Part shown: one piece after another, positions 42,620 through 53,875 of the stretch | Position numbering within the stretch: the stretch's first letter is position 1 | Layout of the letters: the number at the start of each line of letters is the position of its first letter | Source: Thermodesulfobacteriota bacterium | Lineage (GTDB): Bacteria; Desulfobacterota; Desulfobacteria; Desulfobacterales; C00003060 | Assembly (NCBI GenBank): GCA_034189385.1 | Contig: JAXHVD010000014.1 | Span: 1 to 64,000 of the forward strand | DNA: 64,000 nucleotides | Direction: 5' to 3' | The notes under the pieces: model-generated | The model's database searches: none | What the model was told of the DNA's origin: nothing | Seen by the model: the letters and a program-made list of their open reading frames with translations, nothing else | Position numbers and translations under genes: made by a program

Positions 42620-42750
42620 TGACGGTGGCGTAGAACGTCAGAAAATAGGCTTTCCCCTCACACTGGCAAAAGCCGGAATCCAGCTCAATACGTTCTGGAC
42701 TCCAGCATTCGCCGGAATAACAAGGCTTAGGGCTTTTTACGACTCTGTCA
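42620..42750. repeat. Degenerate REP-like palindromic element
   Basis: GCCGGAATCCAG..CTGGACTCCAGC core; outer imperfect IR TGACGGTGGCGTAGAA / TTTTACGACTCTGTCA. Confidence 0.5.
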
Positions 42751-42791
42751 AGGTTGCCCCATCCAGCCCGTCATCCACACCCCATGGTGGA

Positions 42792-44120
42792 CTAGCCACC
42801 AAGCTTGTTCATCACCAGGCCACTTAAGACCTTTGGGAAAAAGTAAGTCGACTTGCGCGGCATAATGAGGCCCGCCTGCGATGTTTCTTCTACGTCAGAG
42901 AGTCTGGTGGGATTAAGGATAAGGGCAACGTCGCAGGTGCCATTATGAATGGCATTGAAGGCTTTTTGGATTCGGCTCGTATACAATATACGCCTTTCAT
43001 CATCTAGGGCAGCCTCTTCAAACCCTAATACCTTCTCTAACAGAAGCTTCGTGGCAATGGTGACATCGAGTTTCCTAAGGGGTCCCGGGATGTCTCCGTT
43101 ATGAAGCTGGTCCATGATCCCTGTCTTCGGGCGAAGAACATAGCCGGCCCTATGACCTCTGACAACAGCACCCATGACACCGCGCCCGGCGCCTTTGCGG
43201 ATTTTCGCCAAGAAAGGGCCAGGAGCCCCCACCTGGCCATGGGCCCCAACGTCCATGGCCTCCACATCAAAAAAGGCGCCGGCCTTTTCGGCAAATCGGT
43301 CCATGGCATTTCGGGAGACCTGGCAGAGCATTCGATGAACCGAGCGCATGATCAGTCCAGGATCTTGCATGCTGGTCAGATACATCATCACAGAATTGTA
43401 TGGGGCCCTTGCATCAGGTCCACCTTTCTGTGACTCCATCTGACGCCTGTAGATCAAGGCCGTTTCATACCGGTGGTGCCCGTCTGCGATGTAAAGTGGC
43501 TTTTGTGCCAGTTTTTCACTGACCCCTTGATGGATCTTTGGATCGGTCACGCGCCAGAGTCGGTGACGGTACCCGATCACCTCGGTGAAATCCGCATCGG
43601 GCTCCATCTCCTCTGCCGTGGACCGGAGAAGGCCCATGATCTCTTCGTCAGGATCAGAAAATAATGAGAAGACAGGGCTGAAATTGGCCTTGCATGTCTG
43701 TATCAGTCTCAGGCGGTCTGCTCTTGTGGCCGAGAAGGTCTTTTCGTGGGGAAGGATGGCGCCGCCGAAGTCCTCGAGTTCCACCAAGGCGATGAATCCA
43801 AGACGCGTGCGCAACACGCCTTCGCTCTTAAAATCCATCTTCGTCAAGTACAAGGCGGGCTCGCTGTCTTGCTTGAGTATCCCCTGTTCAAGCCATGTAT
43901 GGAAGTGCCTGGCGGCACGGGTGTATCGATCGTTTTCCTCAGTATCATCAGGTTCGTCTTGGCTCAGGATCAACCGAACCACATTTTGAGGATGCCTATC
44001 AAAATACTCCTGCCGCTCCCGCTCTGAAATAACGTCATAGGGCGGCGTGACGACATCCTTTAGATCTTGAATTCTTTCTTGATTGTAAACGATCCCTTGA
44101 AAGGGACTAATGGTGGCCAT
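42792..44120 (-). CDS. DUF1015-family protein
   Basis: PPYDVIS, ILPHEKT, YIADGHHRYETA, MPRKSTYFFPK. Confidence 0.92.
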   Translation of the reverse strand: MATISPFQGIVYNQERIQDLKDVVTPPYDVISERERQEYFDRHPQNVVRLILSQDEPDDTEENDRYTRAARHFHTWLEQGILKQDSEPALYLTKMDFKSEGVLRTRLGFIALVELEDFGGAILPHEKTFSATRADRLRLIQTCKANFSPVFSLFSDPDEEIMGLLRSTAEEMEPDADFTEVIGYRHRLWRVTDPKIHQGVSEKLAQKPLYIADGHHRYETALIYRRQMESQKGGPDARAPYNSVMMYLTSMQDPGLIMRSVHRMLCQVSRNAMDRFAEKAGAFFDVEAMDVGAHGQVGAPGPFLAKIRKGAGRGVMGAVVRGHRAGYVLRPKTGIMDQLHNGDIPGPLRKLDVTIATKLLLEKVLGFEEAALDDERRILYTSRIQKAFNAIHNGTCDVALILNPTRLSDVEETSQAGLIMPRKSTYFFPKVLSGLVMNKLGG

Positions 44121-44141
44121 GAGTCTGTTCCTTAATCTGTT

Positions 44142-44341
44142 GGTAACGTTCAAAAGTTGAGGCAAACTCTCTTAGCAGGCAGTTAAAAGGATAGGGAGGA
44201 TCGCTGAACGTAGGCATACAGCCATTTCGATCCACACCGATGGTATTGGCTACTTAAAGGCCTTGGATGCCGAAGAGAAGCGATTCGCCCTATCCGGAAT
44301 GTCTATTCAGGAATAGACTGTCACAACTCCTGAACGTTACC
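44142..44341. mobile_element. MITE family B, copy with perfect target-site duplication
   Basis: TIR GGTAACGTTCA / TGAACGTTACC; perfect 8-bp TSD AATCTGTT at 44134-44141 and 44342-44349. Confidence 0.9.
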
Positions 44342-44527
44342 AATCTGTTTTAGTAGCCTGGGCCTGAAATCCAGCCTTGAGCTTTGAATGTGCCCACAGC
44401 ATGGGCATGGAGTGAGGGAGGTGATACTAGAAACGCAGGCCTTGTGCAAGCCCTAATTGGCTTGACCTCATATTGACAGGTATTGACAAAAGGATTATGA
44501 ACAAGACGATCGTCAATGTGGTCTCTT

Positions 44528-44620
44528 GGAGAGGTTGCCGAGTGGCTGAAGGCCCCGCTCTCGAAAAGCGGTATCCTGTGAAAAACGGGATCGTGGGTTC
44601 GAATCCCACCCTCTCCGCCA
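44528..44620 (+). tRNA. tRNA-Ser (CGA)
   Basis: GGAGAGG/CCTCTCC acceptor stem, anticodon arm CCGCT-CTCGAAA-AGCGG, long variable arm, GTTCGAATCC, CCA end. Confidence 0.97.
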
Positions 44621-44948
44621 GTTATTTCATATACTTCACTTGTAAACGATGGCCCCAGAAGGAGGCTAGCACAGACGGCCCTTTCCCAACTTCAAGTGCG
44701 CAGAGACTGTTACATCCCTGTCCTTGCCCCTCTCATCTGTTCTCCATCCCCTGGATCGCCGGGGCCAAAGGCTTTTCCATGAATACGGGGCCCACAATTT
44801 CAACTCTCACTCACGTCGCCCGAGTCACAGATCTCACCAAGGAAAGTGAGCAGGGAAACGGATGAAACGAGAGAAAGAAGTAATGACGTGAAACGAAAAA
44901 AGGGAAGTGGCAGGCGCAGGTCTTTCAGGCCCAAGATTCCGTACGTGC

Positions 44949-45194
44949 CTATCGGTGGTATTTCTGAAAGATGGCAAAATGTGTGGGACATGAACAAATA
45001 TAGCTGTATCCAAAAAGGACTCGATAGGGGCAGGCAATGAGCTCAGCGTCTTTCAAAAACAATACATTCTTGCCGACTGCGTAACGGACTTCACACATGC
45101 CGCCACCTCCGTGTTCCTCGGCACGAAGACAGAAAAACTGGCGTGGACACCTCACGGTTTCTCTGATCACCTCATCTGGTATGCTATATGTCAT
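44949..45194 (-). CDS. Small Cys-rich hypothetical protein
   Basis: C-x5-C, C, CPY..FG..ICSCP pattern; AAGGGA upstream. Confidence 0.7.
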   Translation of the reverse strand: MTYSIPDEVIRETVRCPRQFFCLRAEEHGGGGMCEVRYAVGKNVLFLKDAELIACPYRVLFGYSYICSCPTHFAIFQKYHR

Positions 45195-46220
45195 AGTCCC
45201 TTACTTGGTTGAAACGGAAAAGACAATGGCTGGCGAAACCCTTGCCGCCCTGAAGTGGCCTATCCATGTCTTTTTTTTGTAGCCTATCGACTTTAAGGGA
45301 GTCAATCCCCATAACATGCCATTTTCTAGACAAAAACTACCTATCGTTTCTGCGGAAACTACGTAGGCCAAGGGGCCCATTTTCCGGCCTTGGCCGGTTC
45401 GCGCGCCTGTCCAGTCTGTCTAAGGCAGTAGGACAAGGCCCAGTGACGCAGCAGCGGGGAGAGATGGCTGACGGGCAGAAGAAACAAAAGAACCCCCTGA
45501 GAACATTGGGGGCATGAGGGAGAGATGGAGGACCCCGTGCCACTGTTCCCAGGGGAGGAGGTAAGAGGACGGAAGTGGGATGGGTTTACCACATGTAGTC
45601 CGTCCGTTATGTGAAAATAAGCACGATCAAAGAGGAAGTCAAGTCGAACCCCTCACCCTTGCACCGTCTTTTTGACAAAAAAGGGGGGGCGTTCAGGACC
45701 CATGGGACAACACATGCCATCAACGACGCAAGGTGAAAACAATGCCAGGACCATCGTTTGACTTCGATGGACTTTTCCTGTATATTAATATAAATATCGT
45801 CACTTTTTACATAATTATGGGGCTGCGGCCACGAGGGTGGTCTCCACAGAAGGAGTGCCTGTGCCAACGCCGCTTCTAACGGGGATGGCTTTCTTGGCAG
45901 GCCTTAAAACAAAGGCCCTTTGATCCTTTTGATTGTGATCTCTCTGCTCGTCGCGTCACAGGGACGGGGACCCATGAAAAGCGCCTGTCTTCTTTCAACA
46001 GATCCCTTGTGCAAAAAAGGACCGTCACATGAGTAGCCGTCGACGTGGTCAGAGGGAGAAGCGATCAGGAGGAAAGAAGGGCAACGTGTCCGGGTCAAGA
46101 AGCACGTATGAGTGGAATTTCAATGCGTCAGGGGACTGGTGGCAAGATAGGCGGTCCGGAGATGACAGGCGAGGGCCAGGTGTTGATGCATATCAGAAGG
46201 TTTCTTCCCGGGAGCTGACC

Positions 46221-46607
46221 ATGAAAGGGCCGATTGAGCAAAGACAGTATGCGCGATTTCGCGTCCCTGGCCTCGGCGCCTATGCCGTCTTTAGACGCCA
46301 CGGGCCTTTGTCCCCTATGATGGGTGAGATTATCGATGTGGGAGGCGGTGGCCTTTCGTTTTGTTACACGACCAACGAAAAAGACCCGTCCAGACCATCT
46401 GAGTTAGACATCCTCTTGACAGACGGCAGTTTTTCATTAAACCACCTCCCCTTTAAGCTCATATCGGAGGTGCCATTAGAAGATGAAGGATCTCTCGGCA
46501 TTGCCACCAGGCGATGTGGCGTGCAGTTCCAGGACCTGACAGATCACCAGAGATCTCACCTGATGTATTTCATCCAGGCATACACTACGGCAGACCCAGA
46601 GGCGTAG
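46221..46607 (+). CDS. PilZ-domain protein
   Basis: RQYAR, IIDVGGGGLSF, RCGVQF; start could be upstream. Confidence 0.85.
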   Translation: MKGPIEQRQYARFRVPGLGAYAVFRRHGPLSPMMGEIIDVGGGGLSFCYTTNEKDPSRPSELDILLTDGSFSLNHLPFKLISEVPLEDEGSLGIATRRCGVQFQDLTDHQRSHLMYFIQAYTTADPEA

Positions 46608-46987
46608 CAGGGCTCGGGCAAGCCAAGAATTCCCCCACCGCCCTATCAATCCCTTTGCCGTTCATCCGCAAGGGGGCAGGCTACAGGCCCATGGGGGCGT
46701 CAAAAGATTCTGTCATGGACATTTAAGGCAGTCCTACTAAGGGCTTTCCGTGCTGGCGGCACAGCGCTCCATTAGACGCTCTTTGGACGAGCGGTTCCAC
46801 AGGACTTGTCATTCTAGCCGTAAGATGCTAACTCTCCCTATCCTGCACGGAAAGGCAGCCTTGCCACCAGCGGCGCTTGCTGTGGACCTTGATCCAGGTT
46901 CGCCAGAATGACGTGACATGGCCGCTTTGCACTTTTCGTGAATCCGTCATCATTAGACCGGAAAAAAGAACTAAGGAGGAAAAGACG

Positions 46988-47239
46988 GTGAAAGACGACA
47001 GGGGCTTATACTACTATCCTTTTCCCCAGAACAAACGGGTCCGTATGTATGTGCGCGAAATTGAGGGCAACATCTTGTTCAGGCTTTGGAATACAGACGA
47101 TCCTGCACTCTGGGACGAACACGGCTGGGTACCCTACGATGCCATCAAGCAAGCTGCAGCCATGCACAACCACAAGAAGTTTGACCCCAACCAGGCCTAC
47201 GACATCAATGTGGCCAAGATGCTCCTCAAGGATGCGTAA
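46988..47239 (+). CDS. Conserved hypothetical protein
   Basis: AAGGAGG SD, GTG start; GLYYYP..RMYVR..FRLWN motif. Confidence 0.75.
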   Translation: MKDDRGLYYYPFPQNKRVRMYVREIEGNILFRLWNTDDPALWDEHGWVPYDAIKQAAAMHNHKKFDPNQAYDINVAKMLLKDA

Positions 47240-47386
47240 ACCTCGAACTGCTTATCGCCTCACTCCCCGACCCCCTTTGATCAACTCATGGGGACAAGAG
47301 ACTCTTGTTCGACATTGCCTATCTATCTTCTGGGTCTCACCCCCATGTCCCTTGGAGAAACCACCCCAAATCAATAGCCCCCCTTG

Positions 47387-47631
47387 GAGACCTTTGCAGA
47401 ACCCTTCTCACTTGATTCTGTGATCTATTTGACCCTTTTTCGGCCTTGTTCGCCAAATCGCGACACGAAGTGCCTCTCTTCAAGCCGCCAGGCGCAACCT
47501 TTGCCCTCATACTCGGCCTAAGGGCCTCAAACAGTTCACGATTTACCCACTAGCGTGGGCCGCTCACAGCAGCCGAATGGGTGCCCCAAATAGCTCACAA
47601 TGACCGTTCGAAAGGGTTATGCAAAGCTCTC
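47387..47631. mobile_element. MITE family A, copy 2
   Basis: TIR GAGACCTTTGCAGAACCCT / AGGGTTATGCAAAGCTCTC; 5-bp direct repeat CCTTG at 47382-47386 and 47632-47636. Confidence 0.88.
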
Positions 47632-47663
47632 CCTTGGTCAATGACAGACACAGGCCTTGGGCA

Positions 47664-48494
47664 CTAGGGTTGGATGATGCCGGCATCGCGCAGAAAGGGC
47701 TTCGCGTCTTGCCAGAATGCGTGCCAACTCGGCGGACAGTCGTTGTGGTGGCAATCATAGGAAAGCATAGTGCCATTCTTGGCCACCTTAAAAAGAGCTA
47801 CGCCATGCCTGTAGGGAACGAGGGTGTCCTTTTTCCCGTGCATCACGAGAACCGGGCCTGGATAGGAACCAACGACGGCAAGGTTGTCAAAGGGGTCCAG
47901 GACAAAAAAGCCGGGAACCAGAAACTGGGACGCACAGGTCCGGACGCTCGTAAAGGTAGACAGCAGTATGAGGGCTGCCGAAGGCCGCTTTGCAGCGAGG
48001 CAGCAGGCCGCGCCACCGCCGAGTGAGCGCCCCAATAGGACAATTCGGGACCGGTCCACGTCTTCCCGCACGGCAAGGGCATCATAGGCCGCTACAAAGG
48101 CCTCTGTAATACTCTTCTGGGAAGGACTCCCCTCTGAGCGCCCATAACCAGGATATTCAACAAGCAATACCCCCAGTCCAAGGGCCGTGGCCGAGCTAAA
48201 CTCATGGGGCCAAAAGTCGATCAGCTCTGCATTTCCATGGGCGAAGATCACTGCCGGCGTTGGTTCCCCCCGAGGGGTCGTCGTTGCAGGGAGAAACCAT
48301 GCCTCCACCTTTCCATAACTGGTCTTGAGCCAGATCCTCTCTAATCCAGGAATACCCTTTGCCATTCCCAAGGGAGCCCTGATGTGATGGCGAGGAAACA
48401 CCACCTGCCTTTGAAATAGAAAGAGAAGGAAGCAGTACGCCACATACAACAGGAGAGCCCCTAAGATAACTTGTGCCACTCGTTTCCCTTTCAT
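47664..48494 (-). CDS. Alpha/beta hydrolase, membrane-anchored
   Basis: HGNAE, YPGYGRS, GRSLGG, HGKKD, HND. Confidence 0.9.
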   Translation of the reverse strand: MKGKRVAQVILGALLLYVAYCFLLFLFQRQVVFPRHHIRAPLGMAKGIPGLERIWLKTSYGKVEAWFLPATTTPRGEPTPAVIFAHGNAELIDFWPHEFSSATALGLGVLLVEYPGYGRSEGSPSQKSITEAFVAAYDALAVREDVDRSRIVLLGRSLGGGAACCLAAKRPSAALILLSTFTSVRTCASQFLVPGFFVLDPFDNLAVVGSYPGPVLVMHGKKDTLVPYRHGVALFKVAKNGTMLSYDCHHNDCPPSWHAFWQDAKPFLRDAGIIQP

Positions 48495-49195
48495 ATCCCA
48501 AGAAAGGCTTCCCGGACCTGTCGGTTCTCCGTGAGGTCCGAAGGGCCCCCCTCTAGGACGACGCGGCCATTTTCGAGGACATAGGCCCTGTCACACATCC
48601 TCAAGGCCTGTTTCACGTTCTGCTCCACTAAAAGGACCGTCACCCCATGTTCATTGATCCTTTCAATGACATGAAAAATTTCTTCAACCAGGAGCGGGGC
48701 AAGGCCTAAAGAGGGCTCGTCAAACATCATGAGCTTGGGACGTCCCATCAGGCCCCTGCCCAAGGCAAGCATTTGCTGCTCACCACCGGAAAGGGTCCCG
48801 GCCATCTGTTTTTTCCTCTCCTTGAGCCTCGGAAAGAGGTCATAGACATGGGCCATCGTCTCCCACCGTTTCCCTTTTGCCGGCTCACAAAGTGAACCCA
48901 TGATCAGGTTCTCTTCTACACTCATCTCAGGAAACAGGCGCCTGCCCTCAGGGACATGGACAATGCCGTGCTCAATGACCTTATAGGCAGGGACCCGGTC
49001 CAGGCGGACACCATCAAAATCGATCATGCCCTTAAAAGGATGCATCAAGGCCGAAATGGTTCTGAGGATGGTGGTCTTGCCTGCCCCATTGACACCCACT
49101 AAGACAACAATCTCCTTCTCCCGGACCTCAAAGGAGACATCCCACAGGACCTGAAGATCCCCGTAAAAGACATCCACCCTATGAACCTTCAGCAT
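48491..49195 (-). CDS. livF: Branched-chain amino acid ABC ATPase (LivF-like)
   Basis: GVNGAGKTT, LSGGEQQM, DEPSLGLAP. Confidence 0.92.
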   Translation of the reverse strand: MLKVHRVDVFYGDLQVLWDVSFEVREKEIVVLVGVNGAGKTTILRTISALMHPFKGMIDFDGVRLDRVPAYKVIEHGIVHVPEGRRLFPEMSVEENLIMGSLCEPAKGKRWETMAHVYDLFPRLKERKKQMAGTLSGGEQQMLALGRGLMGRPKLMMFDEPSLGLAPLLVEEIFHVIERINEHGVTVLLVEQNVKQALRMCDRAYVLENGRVVLEGGPSDLTENRQVREAFLGI

Positions 49196-49907
49196 ATTCC
49201 TTTCCCAGATAGGCTTCAATGACTGCTGGGTTGTTTGCCACTTCATGAGGGGTGCCCTCTGCAATGGTCTCTCCAAAGCTGATGGCATGAATCCGGTCCG
49301 ATATCGTCATCATCACCTTCATAATGTGTTCCACGATAATAATGGACACCCCTTTATCCCGGATCTTCTTGATCAGTTCAATGGCTCCCTCCAACTCCAG
49401 GGGGTTCAGTCCCGCAGCAGTCTCGTCCAGCAGCAAGAGCTCTGGTTGGGTGGCCATGACCCTGGCAATCTCAAGCCGCTTTCTCTCGCCAATAGAAAGG
49501 GTCTTGGCAAGGACCTCTTTGCGGTGCTCGAAGCTACAAAAGGCCAGTGTTTCCAGGGCCAGATCACGGGCTTCTGCTTTCGTTGCCACCTTGGCAAAGG
49601 CAGCCGCTATCACATTGTCTAGAACGGTCATCCTGCCAAGGGGCCTTACGATCTGGAACGTCCGCCCAATACCGAGTCTTGAGATTCTATGTGTCTTCAG
49701 CCCCGTGATATTGCGGCCTTTAAAATGGATCGTCCCCCTTGTGGGGCGATGATAGTTGCTGATAAGATTAAAAATGGTGGTCTTGCCGGAGCCGTTAGGG
49801 CCGATCAAACCCAAGATCTCTCCCTGGTGGACCTTGAAACTCACGTTGCTCACCGCTGCAAGCCCTCCAAAATGTTTTACCAGGCCTCTGACCTCGAAAA
49901 GACTCAC
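49179..49907 (-). CDS. livG: Branched-chain amino acid ABC ATPase (LivG-like)
   Basis: FGGLAAV, GPNGSGKTT, VIEAYLG. Confidence 0.92.
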   Translation of the reverse strand: MSLFEVRGLVKHFGGLAAVSNVSFKVHQGEILGLIGPNGSGKTTIFNLISNYHRPTRGTIHFKGRNITGLKTHRISRLGIGRTFQIVRPLGRMTVLDNVIAAAFAKVATKAEARDLALETLAFCSFEHRKEVLAKTLSIGERKRLEIARVMATQPELLLLDETAAGLNPLELEGAIELIKKIRDKGVSIIIVEHIMKVMMTISDRIHAISFGETIAEGTPHEVANNPAVIEAYLGKEYAEGS

Positions 49908-50920
49908 CCCGCCATACCCTTCTTTCTAACTGAAGAGACCGTCCCCATCATCTTATCCCAATCACCTACGATGCCATTGGGAAGGAGAAGGATGACCACC
50001 ACCACCAGAATACCAAAGCCCAACACATGGGCTTGCATCACATACCCGGCCACTACGTGGACGACATCAGACCCAGTGAGCACCGCCAGCGTGTTGAAAA
50101 ATCCAAAAAATCCGGTCCTAAAAAACTCATGCACCGCCACCATCACAAAGGCCCCCACCACGGGGCCATAGAGGGTCCCCACACCCCCTACAATCCCTAC
50201 CAGAATAGCCATGATAGAGATGTCGTGAAGAGAAAACACCACCTCAGGGTCAATAAACCCCATGTAGTTCATATACAAAGACCCGGCCATCCCCGTGAGA
50301 AAGGCTGCAATGTTCAAAGAAACCATCTTGTAAAAGTGGGTATCAATGCCCAGGCTCTCGGCCGCATCCTGGTCTTCCCGGATGGAGACAAAGTAATAGC
50401 CCCATTTGGAGCCCATGATCATTTGGATGCTCAGCACGGAGACTGCGGCCAGTCCCAGGGCAATGTAGTAATAGGGCACCTTGGAGACAAAGGTCTGCAT
50501 AATGAGAATCCCTACCATGCCATCGGTCAAAGACTCCCACAGGGTGGCCACATGGCGCATGACCTCATTTAGGGCAAGGGTGGCAAGGGCGAAGTAGGCC
50601 CCCCTTAAGCGAAAACAGATCCAGCCGAAAGGCAGGGCAACGGCCATGGCCATCACCCCCCCAAAGGCCATGGCCCACCAGGCTGAAATGCCCAGTTTGT
50701 GAGCAAAAAGCCCTGCCGTGTAGGCCCCTGTGCCAAAAAAAGCGGCATCGCCAAAAGAGACCTGTCCTGTATAGCCGGCAATCACGTTCCACCCAGAACC
50801 GATGACCACCCACATGAGAACCAGGATCATTAGATGCTGCTGATAGTCGTCTTTGACCATGAGGGGAAAGAGGATCAGGACAAACAGCAATACCAGGGGC
50901 AAGATTCTTTTCACGGTCAT
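49904..50920 (-). CDS. livM: Branched-chain amino acid ABC permease (LivM-like)
   Basis: GYTGQVSFG, RLRGAYFALATL, IREDQDAAESLG. Confidence 0.9.
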   Translation of the reverse strand: MTVKRILPLVLLFVLILFPLMVKDDYQQHLMILVLMWVVIGSGWNVIAGYTGQVSFGDAAFFGTGAYTAGLFAHKLGISAWWAMAFGGVMAMAVALPFGWICFRLRGAYFALATLALNEVMRHVATLWESLTDGMVGILIMQTFVSKVPYYYIALGLAAVSVLSIQMIMGSKWGYYFVSIREDQDAAESLGIDTHFYKMVSLNIAAFLTGMAGSLYMNYMGFIDPEVVFSLHDISIMAILVGIVGGVGTLYGPVVGAFVMVAVHEFFRTGFFGFFNTLAVLTGSDVVHVVAGYVMQAHVLGFGILVVVVILLLPNGIVGDWDKMMGTVSSVRKKGMAG

Positions 50921-51007
50921 TTTTTGATTCTTTTCCCCATGAGTCGATGCAAAGGGTCTGCAGTAGGCCTTCTGACCGGACGTCTCAGCCAACGTGGGGG
51001 AGTCAAC

Positions 51008-51883
51008 TCAAATCTTGGTCAACCGCTTGAAGCCACCAGGCAGAAACAGGAGTACTAGAAGAAAAATCAGCAGGCCGATCATGTCGTCATAGGCCATGCC
51101 TATGTAGGTTGCGCCAAATGATTCAGCAAGTCCCAGGGTGACACCGCCGAAAATTGCCCCCACTGTGGACCCTAGGCCCCCCAGGATAGTGATGACAAAA
51201 GCCTTTCTGGTAAATGGTCCCCCAATGTCGGGAAATAAGTAATAGAGCGGCATGAGCAGGGTGCCGGCCACCGCCACAAGGGCTGCCCCAATGCCAAACG
51301 TGATGATCGTGATGCGTCTGGGGTTGACCCCCATGAGCGATGCGGCGTCCTTGTCCTGGCCCACAGCGCGAATGGATCTGCCGATATCTGTCTTGCGCAA
51401 GAACCAGAACATGAAGACCGTAAAGGCCACGGCCAAGAAAAACGCTGCTGTCAGGGCCACACTAAAAGAGATCTCTCCCAGATAGAAGGCAGAGCTCGAA
51501 TAGCTCGTCTTCACAGATCGATAGTCAGAACCAAAAACGAACCGTGCGATCTCGGTGAGGACCATGCCGATCCCCACGGTCATAAGGACTTGATTCTCAG
51601 GGAGGAGGGATTCCACTTCCATAAGTGGATTCAGGGTATATTTTTGGATCACCATCCCAAGGAGAAACAGGAGAGGGGTACTGATAAATAGGGCTAGATA
51701 AGGGTCGATTCCAAGGTAGTGAAAGCACACAAAGGTGACATACATGGCCACCATCATCAATTGACCGTGGGCCAGATTGATGATGCCCATGACCCCCATG
51801 ATCAGGGTCATGCCAATGCCTATGAGGCTGTATAGGCCGCCCTTGAGAATGCCTGCCACCAAGGTCTGCAAGAAGACTTCCAT
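51008..51883 (-). CDS. livH: Branched-chain amino acid ABC permease (LivH-like)
   Basis: INLAHG, GRSIRAV, ILGGLGS. Confidence 0.9.
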   Translation of the reverse strand: MEVFLQTLVAGILKGGLYSLIGIGMTLIMGVMGIINLAHGQLMMVAMYVTFVCFHYLGIDPYLALFISTPLLFLLGMVIQKYTLNPLMEVESLLPENQVLMTVGIGMVLTEIARFVFGSDYRSVKTSYSSSAFYLGEISFSVALTAAFFLAVAFTVFMFWFLRKTDIGRSIRAVGQDKDAASLMGVNPRRITIITFGIGAALVAVAGTLLMPLYYLFPDIGGPFTRKAFVITILGGLGSTVGAIFGGVTLGLAESFGATYIGMAYDDMIGLLIFLLVLLFLPGGFKRLTKI

Positions 51884-51949
51884 GATAACTCCGAAATACT
51901 CACCGGCAAGCACAGTTACAGAGTCATTCCAAAACCCTCCATGACCTCT

Positions 51950-53140
51950 CTAACGTTCATTCCATTTGGGCACGGGATAGACGTACTTGGCTGTGGCCAC
52001 ATCTTTGGGCCAAACCGTCTCAAGCTTGCCGTGGAGCCACTGGACCAGAAAGGTGGGAAGCCGGTTCTGCTGGGTCTTTTTGTCGTAGGCCACAAACTTC
52101 ACAGGCCCAAAGGCCGTCATCATATCTGTTGTGGCAAGGGCATCTCTTAGCCCCTTTGGTGTCAAAGAGGTGGCCCGCTTTAGTGCGTCTGCCATGACAT
52201 ACATGGCCGCATAGGCTTCAGCCCCATGATACTCTGTAGGGCAACCGTAGGTTGCAGCAAACTTGTCGTAATAGGCCTTTGCCCCTGGGTAGGGAACAGA
52301 AGGGGTCCACAGCGTAGCGGAAAAGACGTAGTCTGAGGCATCTCCTGCATTCTTCTGAAATTCAGGAAGGGTAAAACCGGCGGCGCCGCCCACAAAGAGC
52401 CTTGGATTCAGATTCAGCTCTTTGGCCTGCCGCATGAGCAAGGAAGCGTCCATGACATATGAAATCATGTACAAAAAATCTGGCTTCTTGGCCTTGACCT
52501 TTACAAGGAGGGGCTTGAAATCCACGGCACCAGCCTCATAGCCCTCCTCCATCACAACCTTTAGACCCAGGTCTCCACACTGTTTGGAAAATTTCTTGGA
52601 CCCTGATTGACCGAACAGGGTGTTCTCATGAAGGATCACAGCTGTCTTCACATCCCCTATCTCAGAAATGAAAGAGCCTAATGCCTTGGGATACTCGCTT
52701 ACCGGGGGATTCAGTCTGAAGATGTACTCCCAATCCTGCTCTGTGATCCTGTCTGCAGAACCGGTATTGACCAGAAAGGGCACCTGGCGCTGCTGTGCCA
52801 CAGCTACAGCCGCCCATGTCACGGAACTGGAATAACCGCCACCCACCATCAGAACCTTGTCCCTTGAGATCAACTTCTCAATAGCAGAACGCCCCACATC
52901 GGGCTTTCCTGTGGTGTCCTCAATGATCAGATCAATCCTCTTCCCATTTACCCCCCCGGAAGCATTGATCTCGTCTACAGCGAGGATGAATGACCTCTTT
53001 TCGATTTCACCAAACTTGGCCAACTTCCCGGTCAAAGGTAAGATGACGCCCACCTTTAACCCATCGGCGCCAAAGGCCCCTGAATATACCAGACCCATCA
53101 AGGGCAAAAGACAGCCCAGGATCAACGCGCACTTTTTCAT
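51950..53140 (-). CDS. Branched-chain amino acid ABC substrate-binding protein (LivJ/K-like)
   Basis: Signal peptide; KVGVILPLTG, INASGGVNG. Confidence 0.9.
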   Translation of the reverse strand: MKKCALILGCLLPLMGLVYSGAFGADGLKVGVILPLTGKLAKFGEIEKRSFILAVDEINASGGVNGKRIDLIIEDTTGKPDVGRSAIEKLISRDKVLMVGGGYSSSVTWAAVAVAQQRQVPFLVNTGSADRITEQDWEYIFRLNPPVSEYPKALGSFISEIGDVKTAVILHENTLFGQSGSKKFSKQCGDLGLKVVMEEGYEAGAVDFKPLLVKVKAKKPDFLYMISYVMDASLLMRQAKELNLNPRLFVGGAAGFTLPEFQKNAGDASDYVFSATLWTPSVPYPGAKAYYDKFAATYGCPTEYHGAEAYAAMYVMADALKRATSLTPKGLRDALATTDMMTAFGPVKFVAYDKKTQQNRLPTFLVQWLHGKLETVWPKDVATAKYVYPVPKWNER

Positions 53141-53236
53141 TGTTTTGCCCCCTGCTCTGTAGCCCATGCCGCTAAGTTTGACGCAGTACGAAAAAAGGGG
53201 CTCTGGGATAAGTACCCGAAACCCCTGCATTGTTTT

Positions 53237-53311
<75 letters not shown>

Positions 53312-53448
53312 TAAATGCTCAAAACACCTTGTATCATGGGTGCTTATAAGCAGTCAACGAAATTTGCAACCTGTAGAAAATAGGCCGAAATCCACTTAAG
53401 CCCCCATCTGTCTTTTGACGGCAAAGAGGACATCTGTGGAATCTCACC

Positions 53449-53686
53449 TTGAACCCTCCCCGTGACCTGCGAAGCGCCGCCGTCAGGCAGAACCCACGGG
53501 CAATGTTCTCCCTCACGGGAGAGCTCCGCAGCACCGTAAGGTTGTTGTCTTTTTTACTATACGCTCGCTAACCCCGCAGCCTGCGCCGCGCTAGCACTGG
53601 CAACTAGCAGAACCTCTGCCGCCAGGCAGAACCTACGGGGCTGCGGTAGCTCTCCTGTCGAGAATGCGCTCGCTTATTCGGTTCAA
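53449..53686. mobile_element. Palindromic miniature element family C, copy 2
   Basis: Shares TATACGCTCGCTAACCCCGCAGC, AGGCAGAACCTACGGGG and GAGAATGCGCTCGCTTA..CGGTTCAA with 14699-14887. Confidence 0.8.
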
Positions 53687-53875
53687 GGAGGGGGTAGACC
53701 TGCCCGTCTGCATCCTTTTTCATTGACGCAGGTCCCCATTTGGTCCTATATTCTGAGCCTTTACACGGGGCTTTTTTGCTAGTTATCAGCTAGTTAACTT
53801 TTTTGGCACCCGACGAACGTGGTTCGGGGCCTTCATTTTTTTTGGAAGGAGCTTTCTCCCATCAAGGCTGTCACC

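Noticed and set aside
44121..44165. N-terminal extension MPQLLNVTN of DUF1015, and similar MPQLLN ORF starts at 25927 and 38914
   Set aside because: These read out of the MITE B terminal repeat; not a shared protein motif
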